From assembly GCA_002189035.1 (NCBI GenBank), contig NEEC01000023.1, forward strand, positions 879,017 to 943,016: a DNA stretch of 64,000 bases. Direction: 5' to 3'. Of the stretch, positions 13,021-25,042 are shown piece by piece; the stretch's first letter is position 1; each line of letters opens with the position of its first letter. The stretch is from Utricularia gibba. Its lineage: Eukaryota > Plantae > Magnoliophyta. The notes under the pieces were generated by a model. The model had not been told where the DNA came from and searched no databases. It worked only from the letters and a program-made list of their open reading frames with translations. The position numbers were made by a program, and so were the translations under genes.

Positions 13021-14470
13021 ATCGGGTATCAGAGCTTCGTTACGACCAAAACTCTTTTTTTTTTTTTTTTTTTGTCCTCTTCGTAATTGTGGATGCAACT
13101 GCCTCCTGTGCTGTCCGGAAGTTTGATGGAGCAGACTAGGGCTCTCCGCATGAAAGCATGTCTTGGAGCCCCAAAACTGTGGGACGCCATATGAAGACGT
13201 TTTATCCCGAAAAGAAGCAGCGATTGCGGCGATGGCCTGCAAAACTGCAAAGGAGATTTGGACAAAATTACAGCTGGAGTAATTTTGCCAAAAGGACTTC
13301 ACATTCTGAGGATTAGTGCTGGAAAAGGCCAGATGCAGTGCGCAAAATCTGTAAGCAAACCGGCCACGTTGATCGCGTATGCCCTTCAAAAAAATTGGGC
13401 ACTACACACCAAGCCTCCCCGTCCATTGTTGTAGCTGACTCAGAGAAAACTTTTTCCTGCTGGTAGGACTGACTTTCTCTTCATGACGACCAGTAACACT
13501 GGCTCACAACAAGAGGAAAGGTGAACAGCCACTTTCAATACGGGTGGCTAATTGACTCTGGCTGTTCATCACATACGGTTTATGATTTCACTACTTTGCA
13601 CTCCATAGACCTCTCGTCTCAGCACACTCCATAGACCTCTCGTCTCAGCAGAAGTGAAGATTGGAAATGGATCAATTATTGAGGCGAAAGGAAAAGGTAT
13701 AGTTCAAATCTCCACTCCTTGTGGCCTGAAATTTAGCAATGATGTTCTTTGAGTTCCGTCCCTTAGTATGAAGCTACTTAGTGTGATTCAGTTTGGTTGT
13801 AGAGGGATATAAATTGGCCTTCATTAGCAACCACTGCTATATTACAGACTCCTTTGGTAACTGATAGCATTTAGCTGAAGCCTTCAATGGTCTTTACTTG
13901 TTGAATTGGCCTCTTATTCGTGTTGAAGCCGAAGCCAGTCAAGTTGTCAAAGGCCTTCCATCAAAGATGAAGAAGGAAAGAAAGCAGTGTGATATGTGTG
14001 CAAGGAGGAAACTTTCGCAGAAGACTTTTTCCTGGTATCACTTCTTTCAGACTATCCTTCAAGCTTCAACTAGTGATGTCTGCGGTCCTTTGACTGCAGC
14101 ATCCTCGGCCTCGGGTGGAAGTAAGTAGTTTCTCATCTTTATAGATCACTTCACCAGGTTCTGCTGGGTTTACTTTAAAAGTCAAGTCATCCGTATGGCA
14201 TTCCATTGGAATGTTCAAGGCCCTGCAACAATTCAAGTCTTACTTGTCGAACTGGGTGTTGTGCACCAGATGGGTGTAGTGTATTCACCTCCAGGAAATG
14301 GAGTTGCTAGAACAGGTCCATCTTGAATATGACAAGATGCTTGTTGATCGACAAGACTCTCCCCCAAATTTGTCTGGGCTGAAGCAGTTGCCACCTCTGT
14401 CTATATTCAAAACAGATTGCCGAGGCAGTCTAAAGTAAACTTGATGCAAAAGCAGAAACAGGAGTTTTTT
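13021..14470 (+). mobile_element. Degenerate, 3'-truncated Ty1/copia LTR-retrotransposon internal region (PBS, gag, protease, GAG-pre-integrase, integrase)
   Basis: tRNA-iMet PBS-like GGTATCAGAGC at 13025-13035 following ...TTTCA. Gag-like FDGAD*...RMKACLGAPKLWDAI and KEIWTKLQLE. Protease WLIDSGCSSH (about 13545-13575) and VKIGNGSIIEAKGKG. CDMC zinc motif. Integrase SDVCGP...FIDHFTRFCWVYF and FVWAEAVATSVYIQNRLP. Many stops and frameshifts; no RT/RNaseH or paired LTR seen. Confidence 0.85.
13599..13650 (+). repeat. Perfect 26-bp tandem duplication inside the copia relic
   Basis: CACTCCATAGACCTCTCGTCTCAGCA at 13599-13624 and 13625-13650. Confidence 0.95.
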
Positions 14471-15334
14471 GTTGGGCAAAGCTTCACTTTATGATTCTAA
14501 TTCCTGATCTTGTCAATGACCCCATCGAATCATGCATCTGCATCTGCATCATAGGAGTCTGCTAGAGGAGGAGGTGTAGTCGGGGTCGCATCCAAAAACG
14601 GAGTCATCAAATACATCCCATCGAAACGCTCTTCCTCGCGGCATAACCGCTAAACAACAGACAGAACTGGACGCCGAAGATGAGCGAAGTTGTATCATGC
14701 ATGGTGTTGGTGCCAGTAGTCATTTGCATAATTTGTTAGCTGGGTAGGTAGGATGTGAGTGTTTCAAAGCTGCTTACAACCTATAGGAGATTTATCCACA
14801 AAAATTGGGGTGCATCCTCACATGACTTTACTTTCAGGTTTATATAAAAGCCGCGTCTCCTCAGCCTCAGGTGGGAGGGACGAGGAAAGTAGGGAGTTTT
14901 GCGGCTCTTGCTGACCTCCGTGGGAAGAAGGCTTGGCTTGGCTTGTCAGTCCCAACAGGGGACTACAATGTTTTTTTATCCACGGCTACAAAGGTAGATT
15001 CCAGTTAGAGAGAGACACCTGATCGATCAGCAGTTAACTAATCAACATTCAGCAATAGCATTCACTTGAGGACCTTAAGCACTGCTCAAGTTGTTGCCTC
15101 GTCTGATTCCCAACCTTGGGGCAGCTCCTGCAAGTCCATTTGATTGCTGACTCACTTCTTCTTTGTAGAGCAGCCCCTCCGGGCTTGAATTGCCTTTTGT
15201 TTTTCTAATTGATCTCCATTGAAGAAACGTAGAGAATCGATAATATACAACAACAACAACAACCCAACAGAGTACACGAAATCCCCAACAACTCCGACCC
15301 TCCTAAAATTAGACACCCAACTCTTCTAACACTT

Positions 15335-16057
15335 CTATGCGCCAACCGCCGCTGTTACAGCCTGCTTCACTTTGGGCGGCCTTCCACGTTTTCGTGGCGG
15401 GCCACTAGGGTCGCCGCCAGACGGAGCAACCACGGGGACCCCCACTGTCCCCGCAGCTTTCGGTGGCCGGCCACGTTTTCGCCCCGAAACGTTTGAAGCG
15501 CTCACGGGTTTGGGCTTAGGTGGCGGTGGATGCGATTCGGTTAGATCTCGGTTTTTAGGCGGCCGGCCTCGAGGGCGAGAAGGAGGATCAACTCCCGTGG
15601 GTATGGGTGACTTGGGCTTCGGCGGACGTCCACGGCCACGACGGGGCGGCGCGTTTGGATCAGGCTTCAGGTAATTGTTCTTGAGGAAAACCAGCTCGCC
15701 CGTGGATTTCATCCTGTTGAGATGGTGGCTGAGAAGTGCCGAGTGTGCGGATGGGAGATTCCCATACGTAGATTCGATGTGCTTAGAGATGGCAGACTTG
15801 TTGGAACCGTTCTTTTCGTTTAACGTTTCAATTGCCCTCAAAATCATCTGCAGAAAGCAAGATCAGCTGCCCATGGACACCGCGACATAAACTTGGAAAA
15901 CAATTCGACTCAATTGAATCAGGTCACGTAATGCAGTACCACCAGCAAACCAACAAAAATTGCTTACCTCCGGATACTGTGGTATGGTTACTGCCGCCGG
16001 CGGCGGAGGCTGAGACACATTCGGAAGACCCGTGCCGCCACCATGTTCAGCTGCCAT
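15335..16057 (-). CDS. HMGA: HMGA (HMG-I/Y) chromatin protein: GH1 domain + 4 AT-hooks, 2 exons
   Basis: Exon 1 15968-16057 (MAAEH...PQYPE|GT); exon 2 15335-15847 with GH1 domain MILRAIETLNEKNGSNKSAISKHIE and four RGRPPK AT-hooks. Confidence 0.93.
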
Positions 16058-16846
16058 GCTCAGAAAACCAACCCTCCTCCGCAAGAGAAGGAAAAAAAAA
16101 ACCTAGAAAAATGGGAATCTGAAAGGAAAGAGCACCAAGGATGGGTTCTCCGGCAACCGGCGCAAAAATGAAATTAAAATGTGAACAGCAATTGGGAGCC
16201 GATGGGGGGTTTTAAAACAGATTAGAAGAAGCAGATCTGGAAAAAAAAAATATATTTATATTTATAAATGCATATAAAAAGCATGGGATTGCAGGTAAAG
16301 AAGGGAGGATAAGTGTTGAAGTGACCGCATCTACGGCTGGGCGTTTCTGCTTTACCTTTAATCCAACGGCCCAGCCGTCCCTACCCAGGATCGATGACGT
16401 GTCTGTGCTATTTAGGATGTATTTTTGGAGCCGGTATACTGAAATTACCATTCCCCCCCTGCCTTGGTTCTTATCCACTTTTGGTTTTACATTTCTATTG
16501 TTCGGTTCCTCACCCGCGACACTGGATCTCGTAGTAGTAGTAGTACCCCGGAGATGGGGATTCGATGGGGATTGGGGGATCCCCTTCTCCTAAAGAAACC
16601 GGGTTCGTTCTCCCAAATTGGGCTGGGCCCATTCCAAGGATCCAATGCAAACAACACATCCAGATAGGTAGCTGGCCTGCTACACAGACCCAAATTCTCC
16701 TAAAAACGAAGAAACCAAACTAGAGGTAGAGCGATCCACCAAGACTCACAGGATTGGTGCTTGCTTGATGGATGAATGGGACTGGGAGGAGGGTGACCTT
16801 CGCCAACCACTCGAGTGATTGATGATGCAAAGGAGGGGGAGGGGGG

Positions 16847-19721
16847 TCATGGGTGGGCCGAAAAGTAGGCCAGTAGTCCAACCAGGGGAGCGTTTATGTA
16901 TGTAGTAGGCTCTGACTCCTGGAAGAAGGGCCTGGAGTCAGGAAATGCGTCGGAGGCATTGGGTCCACCCACGACTGCTCCCACCAATAAGTTGGGGTTT
17001 GGATCCTGGGTCAAGTAGTAACTCGTTCCATCTTTGCATCCTATAGGAGCCGGGTGGGCTGCCACGGACGGCAACGAGCTCCCCCGGTGGTGGATCCGGC
17101 GAGGGAACCTCGTCCCGTACCCCACCATGTACGACATCCTCATCGGGTTGTCCCCCAGGATATAGTCCACCTGATGGATGCCCATGCCGCCACACAAAAC
17201 AAAACAAAACAAAGCAAAATCAACCCCCATCCTTCTTTCCTGTTGCACAAACATTAAGTAGTACCTGGCGGCGAGCCAAGGATTTGAGGATGGAGGAGGT
17301 AGCCGGGGTGCGCCCACAAGGGACGCGGTGATTGGCATGGCTGAGATAATTGGAGTAGGCGAGCATCAGAAACGACAGCGACGTAACGTGCTGCATGTTA
17401 CTCCCCCCTGCCTTGAACATCAGTCCTCCTGCGCGCCACCCCACACAACAATAATTAATTCAAATAATAGCACCACCATTCAGTTCCCTACTCCAAATTA
17501 CACTACTGTCTGTGGATTTATGAGCCGAACCGAGCCGACCCGAGCCACCCACAAATTCAATTACTACATGATACCGATGCGGCATACAACACCTTGGTTG
17601 GTTGCCCAACACCTCCCTACGGTCGAAGGCATTCATGAAGCGACTCACCTCTATCCCCCCCACAGTACACAGTACTTGTGAAAGCCACGACCTCTCTAAG
17701 GTGCATTTTGGAATGTGCATTTTTTTATTGGATAATCAATGCAATGGAACTTTACTCTTCTTTCAAGACTGACTGATTCAATGCAAGAAAACCTTTTGCA
17801 GTGGGTCACCAAGGCAATGATGCTCATATTAACTAGATGAACTGAAACGATGACGATACCTAGGGAGTATTGAACTTGAGGAGTATGGAAGTTTCCAGGC
17901 AGCAAGGAACAGATGAAGCTATCTGCATTCAGCTGGAAAGATCTCAAATCCTCAGCTCTGCCCATCAGGACCTCCTGTGAGGAGTGTACATAAATGTATT
18001 ACAGATCAGTCTTCTTAATCAGCAATTAATGGATGATTAGGACGCACGCCCCATCAGTGTTAGTAGTTAATAAGACAAGACTGAATGAGCTTGACAAGAT
18101 TAGAGAATCATACATATTCCCCCGCCCCACCCCCCTCCCCAAACGGGCTGCAGGAATTCATTGATTACACATGGGATTAGAACAGAAAAAACGCCCAGCG
18201 GCACATGAAATCTGCCAATGAACATGGCCATAACAAGCAAGGAGAGGGAAGAGAATGAATGAATTCACACTTGTAACACACACATTATGTACCTTGGAAA
18301 GGAGGACATTAATGCCTGCGTGTTTGTTGTCCCAACCGAACTCATTAATTGTATCTCCAGCTCTCAGAACAACCTCATTTCCGACTATATACTCCCTGTA
18401 TTCTCGCCTCATAGTCGCCTTATGCAGCCATGCCGCCGCCCACAGTAGCTCATCCTGCAAATCCGGTTTCGGATAGAGTCAAATGCATCTTTTTTAGTTC
18501 TCCGACTTGCGATGTGGGATTAGGATAGTACCTGGTAGCCATTCACGTCGCAGTAAAAAGGGCAAACAGCTTCACTTAAGCTGGAGCTGTAGGCACCCCG
18601 GTGTCTATCAGCGAAGTCGAACACCTTTTCTCCATCAACAAAATGCAGTGTAAAACCGTGAAATGCGTTTTTTCTTAACTGTCATTAATGAAACAGAAAC
18701 ACACAACCAAAGGACAACAAAAAAAAAAAAAAATGAAAGGTGTGGAAGATGCAAGTATCGTTTTCAGAAAAATGTAACACCACGCGGCAATGGGCGCCGA
18801 TATCAATGAAAAACGATGGGCTGTACGCGAAAGCAGTGCTAGAGATCTTTTCGAGATACTGCTAAAAGCTGAGAAGCGGGAGAGGAAACAGACCAAGCAT
18901 AGTGTGGAATCATAAAGTTGTCTGCCTCTTCCCATAAATCACGTGAAAGGTATATACCATAACCATACCAAGAAGTCTAAGCAACTAAAGTAACAAAAAG
19001 AAAAAGAAAAACTCCTTAGAATATGGTGAGCTTACTTTAACGGCACGGCTGAGTAGGAGTTTTGAGTAAGCCGGATTTCGTGACCGGAAAACGATGGAGG
19101 CGGCGGCAAGGGCGGCAGCAGTCTCCCCTGCGACGTCGGACCCGGGGTTTTCGCGGTCAATCTTGTAGACGGTTCTTAATGTGTCCATGTCTTCAGGCCT
19201 CTCCCAACAGCTGTGGTCAGACAATGGATCCCCAACTTGCACGTAGATAACGCCATCGTGTGCGGTGGCTTTGAGCAAGTAATCGGTAGCCCATTTTACT
19301 GCTCTCACTGCATTCCCGAGTTCACCACCCATGTTTCTCCCAAAGTCTATTATGCTCCACGACAACAATGTGGCGGTGAACGCCATTGGGAAACCGAATT
19401 TCACGTTGTCCCCAGCGTCGTAGTAACCTCCGGTCAAATCCACCTGAAACCGCGGAAAAGGTCAGCCAGTGGACAATTGAACCGGAAGAAAGAAACAAGA
19501 AGAAAAAGGAATGAAACGAAAAGGGGTACGCCGTGGGAGGCTCCGTCGTGCAAGGCGGAGTCTCGTCGCCAGCGTATGCGCTGGTCCGGAGGGAGCCTCC
19601 CAGAGCGCTGGCCTTCGAAGAAGAGAATGCTCTTGCGCAGGGCATCGTGGTAGTCATGGCGGGAGGCGGCGGCGCTTCCGGCGAGGATTAGGATAGCGAG
19701 GGCCAAGGGGAGGGAGGCCAT
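16847..19721 (-). CDS. CEL1: Endo-1,4-beta-glucanase GH9B, CEL1/GH9B1-like, 7 exons
   Basis: Signal peptide; [77 protein letters not shown]. All exons in frame; very similar to Arabidopsis CEL1 as recalled. Confidence 0.93.
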
Positions 19722-20321
19722 TTCAGTGGAGACGGAGGGGCGGGGTTTTAGGGGGGGGGGGGGGCGGTAAAATATAGCAGAGGGGAGGGGGGGAGGGGCT
19801 GCCGGGAGCCGTCCATGTGGACGCATGGGATTCGTTTTGGCAGTTTACGTTGACGGAAAAAGATTGGCATGTGAGGGGCCAACTCCAACTGAGGGCGATC
19901 ACGTGCCCCTGGAGAGCCTGAAATCAGATACGTAGTTATGGCATGCCCGATTGGCCGTGCCCTGCCGTGCCACTGGAGGGAGCTTCTCCCCGTTAATTAG
20001 TAGGACTTAGGAGCTTGCTGGCTTCAGAAGTCTAGTTTACCCTTTATTAGCATTTTTTATTACCAATTTAACTTAATTTTTTTACCTTGGTAAAAAAAGT
20101 TGGCCATTGTGGGGACGACCACTCTTCGTCTTGCTCAATGACTGACAGTGGCGCTGGATGAGTGGCTCCAGGCGGTTGAAGCTTTACTAACAACATGATT
20201 TTCTGCCTCCTTTTTTCAAGAAGCAACAGTGCTGGTAGCAGCAGAAACAACAGAAGAAACATCATCCAATCCGACAGAAAAGGCGGAATCCATCCCATCC
20301 CATCCCATCCCATCCTAGTTG

Positions 20322-23300
20322 TTAATTTCTCATATTCCGTCTGAGTGTAATAAAGGGCGTAGACCCCAGATTCTCTAGCATGTCAGCAGCAGGATATCCA
20401 TCCAAGCTAGTTTTATTCGTAGCATTTGCATTCGCATTTGCGTTTGATCTGCCAATCTTGTTCTCCAACGGTGTGAATGGTGTATGTGTAGGGCCTGTAA
20501 TGCTGCTGCTGCTGATGTTCGTAGGACGCAAACAGGCCAGATACCCCCGTTGTTGCTTGTTGCAGATGGGAAGATCGCTGCTTTTCATGCAAGGTTCCTT
20601 GTCCTTGGGCAGAGGACAACCACAAGGATCCTGCACCTCCCACACATTATATTAAGTTAACAACACAGTGAAGATGAAAATCCACAACGGAAGAGTAGTG
20701 AAGGTCAGTATGGGTACCCCGAGGCCAAGAAATGTGAAAGCTTGCTGGTCGCCATCAAGATGGATATCGATCAGCTTCCGCAAATCAGCCAGACTCGAAT
20801 GCTTAGCAATACTCAATGAAGTAATAAACTTTCCAGGATTCTCCTTTGATGCTTCCCATTTCACGTGCACGTTATCTTCACAACCTTCTTCCAGCGGTTT
20901 CTGACTCTCCTCTAGATTCTTCGTCATAACAGCAGATTCGCTCAGGTTGCCAAATTCCTGCACCCCTGCTCCTTTGCTATCATTCGTAGTAGGATTTTCT
21001 GTGAGAAGAGGGTATTTGGAGATTTGGGAATCTCCCAATTCTTCTTTACAAGTTTTCATGGGATCATGCAATGAATCGTCGTTCTCCGTCCGAGTTCCTC
21101 CTGTTGGTGCATGATCAATAGCATTGTGCTGCGACTGGGAGAGTTCTCTGTAGTTTCCACACAAATTGAAGATATTTTGAATCCTGAGTTCACGAGAGGC
21201 GGCATCATTTTCATTCCCCGAGGATACTGAGATGACTGAAGAGGTGTAACTATCACCCTTTTCTCCTCAATCACCTCCTTCTGCACTTCCTCATCAGAAG
21301 CATTCTCCTTGTCATCATCGTTTTCATACTCTTCCTCCTCGTACACAGTGGTCAAACAAGTTCTTGGCGGTGTGGTTCCTTCGTAGGGATAAGAATGACC
21401 TGATGGGGTACCGCCTCCAAGAATTTCAGCTTTGAAAATCACATTTGTTTCCATGTCAATGGATTTAGACAAATCCATTGACTTCACCATGTCCGAATCC
21501 TCCGAATAAACCTCCATTAATCTCTTCATAAATGCCCCACCTTCTTTCTCAATTGAATTATGGACGCCACTTGACAGCCGAAGCTCGGATTCAATATCCT
21601 CTAACCGCTGGCGGAGCTTCTCAAGCTCTTGCTGCTGCTGGGAAATCCTCTCTTCCATCTTCTGCCTTTCTGTATCAACAAACTCATTGGCCATCACCTG
21701 ACATTCTTGTATCTTTCTCTCTAATTCAGCTTTCAGCATCAGAGTCCTCTCATTCACTTTTAGATTTATCTTGTGTTCGCTCGCCTGCACTCCTCGCTCT
21801 TCCGCTACTGCAAGTTTAGCCCTCAGCATAGAAATTTCCTCTTCTTTCCTCTGTAGTTCTTTATGAGCTTCATTTCTCTCCTTCTCCTTTAGTTTGTTCT
21901 CCATTTGTAATTTGCAGATGAACTGATCCAGAGCAGCAATCCTCGAGCCGAGAATGACCGCTGATGAAGAATCTTCACCTCCTTTCTCCCTTTCTGGTGT
22001 GTGAGGACCCCTAACTATACACTTTGCTTTAGCTCCATATTCAAATGTTGCAATAGTTTTATGCAACTCCTTTGGATCAGGACTAGCACAGAGTATCATC
22101 AGGATTTTCGACTTGTCATCCTCGAAAGAATCCTGTTTAAATATTTGAGGTAAACGTGTAAACGAATGGATAAAGTGAATGATCGACCACACTGCAGAAA
22201 AAAACTTGATCTGTTAAAAGGAAAACAGCAACAAAAAAATAGCACGCACACACACACACATTCACTAACAGCAGCTAAAAGCTAAATCTTTCCAACGTTT
22301 CTCATGCTCCTCTCAAGTGTCCCATTCAATAGAAGTTGAACCAAAACTGACCAAGAACAAGTTTCCTGTTATATAGGCCTTTGGATGACCACTCATCATG
22401 ATTAAACATACCTGTAGAAGCATGGTTAACTTGCTGTCTCTGAACGGCACATGTGAATCACCATTGGCTATTGATTCCACCACTCTTTTCAGTGCTATAT
22501 TACCTTGATTGATCTTTGCTGTCTGCAGTTTGCAACAAAAAAAAAAAAAAGAAGGTTGATGACCTTCTATTCCTCTCCAACTTCATCAGTCTATCTTGCT
22601 ACATGTACCTGCATTTTGGCTTCCAGACCACTCTGACCGGCTTGCTCGATATTCTCCGATCCAGCCATGTCGACTAGCATCAGCCTTCCCCCGACAGTGG
22701 GGACATCAACAATTATCTGCAGAATGGAGCACGGAAGCATTGTCAAAAGTGATCAGTAGATAACAAGAGGTGATATGTAAACACACGTTATACCAGGCAA
22801 TGACTTCTTGAACTTCTTTCATTGCAACGCGTGCTTTTAACTATTCTTCTCTTCTCTACATTTTGTATCTCCTTCATTATCTTTCCAGCTTCATTCCCAG
22901 AAATGGATGATGCATTTTTCGCCTTCTTTCCCATCACCTCCAGCTTCACCTAATTTATGTTCAGGAATCAATCAATTAACAGGAGAAAGAAACGGAGTAA
23001 GAACCAGAATATAGTTTACTCAATCTAAATGCTAGAATCACCTTAGAGCTAGAGCCAAAGCCATTTTTGGGCCACCCAAGAGTGAAACCAGGAGCGGTGC
23101 TTGATGATGACAAAAGATCATAAATTTCCTCGTTATAAATCTCTAAAACTGTGACCTGAACAAACGTCCCAAACCCCATTATTTTGTCTCCATTTTCCTC
23201 CGTGGCTTCACACAAAATATCCTTCAACGCGTTGTACACAATCCCGGGCTGCTTAGAGCACCCAAACATGGTGTGACTCTTGCCAGATCCTGTTGGCCCA

Positions 23301-23698
23301 TACATCATAATCGTGCATTTCTGACCGAGCTTAACACCATTAATCCTCGACTCGACATATTTACGGTAAAACCCATCAAGATCTTGGTCTTCCGAAAGAG
23401 AAATCCCATCAAGACTAAAATCACGATAGCCGATGTCCGTCTTCACCCTCATAGCCTTCCCATCAGGGTCGATCTGAATAGCCGAGAAATTGGTGTTGGG
23501 CTTGCCTCTCTGTTCAGGATGATCACGGATTCTTCCGATGACTTCCACGGGATGTTCCGGTGCGGCTGCGGCTCCTCCAGTTTCTTTGGTGAAATTAAGA
23601 CGCTGTTTGGACACAGGAGTCTTGGATTGGTAGTGTGGCAAACCTAGTTTCGCTGAAGGCGTGGGAAGATTGGATTTTGAAGATGGAGTAGGCGCCAT
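20322..23698 (-). CDS. PAKRP2: Kinesin-10 phragmoplast-associated kinesin PAKRP2/KIN10A, 6 exons, apparent 1-nt frameshift in the long fifth exon
   Basis: MAPTPSS start, EHPVEVIGRIRD, P-loop GPTGSGKSHTM, SSRSHC, LVDMAGSE, HVPFRDSKLT, C-terminal STPFITLRR. Frame switches between EVIEEK and RELRIQNIFNLCGN; adding one base to T4 at 21259-21262 repairs it. Confidence 0.93.
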
Positions 23699-24223
23699 TG
23701 GGCACAAATCAGAGATAAGGATCTTTTCTTCTTCCTCTACACGAATCCAAGCAGAGAATGGAAGCGAACTGAAGGATGTGGAGTCGAATCGACCGAGAGA
23801 GAGGTGTGAACTTCGAATTGAAAAAGTAGCCGTTACATAGAGAGAGAGAGAGCATTTGTAAGAAGGAGAGAATTTGACCGTTGAGTGCTTGCTCGTGTTT
23901 TTAGATTTAAAAACCAGGCTTTTATAGTTCCTGTGTGTTCCTGTACCGCAGACCTCTCTCGGAAAGGCAAAGTAACCAACGGGTTTTTGTATCAGTTATT
24001 TGTAGCGATCATGTGTCTTACGAATTTCACCTACCGTAGAAGAAGAGAAGAGTGGCCCTTCTGATGGTGCGACACCGCCAACGAACCTAACGGCGGCCAT
24101 CCAACAGGTAGGATGCTGAGCAGAAGCGAGACCGATCCTGAGGCTGCCAACGCCGGCCATGTTATGCTTGGACTGAATCATGCATGATTTTGGAGGATTC
24201 ATTTCATCATGATTCATAGCCGT

Positions 24224-24549
24224 TTACATATTCCTCTGAGTCTGGGCAACAACACTAGTCCTCGTTTTCATCTGCAACCACCGCGCCAGTTGGGTCGGGG
24301 TCACAATTCCCGGAACCTGAGTAAGCTCGCCGGCTTCGCCTTCGATTTTGACTTCGACTTCACAGGCAATCAGCGACCCCGTGGTGAAATACTCATATGC
24401 CAGGTACCCGGCTAGGAGCCGGTTCGAGGACGGCGAGCATAATACGCCCGCGCCTCCACGGCAACGGACGCTTGTGACATCCCCTCCCGTTTACGCGAGG
24501 CCCTGCGCGTTCTCGTGGCCGTGGGATTCTGGTGTTTCCACACCTCCAT
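24224..24549 (-). CDS. EDA6/MEE37-like small plant protein, intronless, apparent 1-nt frameshift
   Basis: N-terminal RASRKRE in one frame; SNRLLAGYLAYEYFTTGSL and VPGIVTPTQLARWLQM in the adjacent frame. Adding one base to C4 at 24481-24484 joins them. Absent from the ORF track. Family assignment is from motif recall. Confidence 0.7.
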
Positions 24550-25042
24550 GCCACCTCAGACGAGAGGGGAGACGGAAGTTGGGTACAAACTTCCGTGCGG
24601 ATGCACCAACGACGTGTACGAAGAAGACCTGGTGCTCGTATTTTGGGTGTTGTAGATCAATGATTCGTTTAACACTTGTGTTGTACTTGTGATAGTGAAA
24701 TTTCATATTTGCTTAGAAGTTTTCAAGGTTATCAACGATTATGGATTTTACCCGATAAATTCTTCCATTGCATATCTTATTAACACGTTTTGAGCATCAC
24801 GTCAGCCACTAGGGTGTAAGTTAGTTGATTTGGGTCTTCTTCATCTCCATATTTCCAACAACAACAACAGGAGTAGTCATTCCTCAACATTCAAGGTTTC
24901 CCCTGTCTTATTAGGAGTAGATTTTATACAGAAGCTGGTTCGATGCACGCAGGGTGGAAGTTGTGTATAAACGCGCATACACCATACACAAACAACACTG
25001 TCACTATTCAGGATCACTTTAGCAATATCATGAACTGAGATC

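Noticed and set aside
13246-13260. TGCAAAGGAGATTTG resembling miR399
   Set aside because: Partial match only; lies in copia gag codons (AKEIW) with no complementary star arm nearby.
14520-14740. Short minus-strand ORFs between the copia relic and HMGA
   Set aside because: Three frames inspected; no family motif or secreted-peptide signature recognised.
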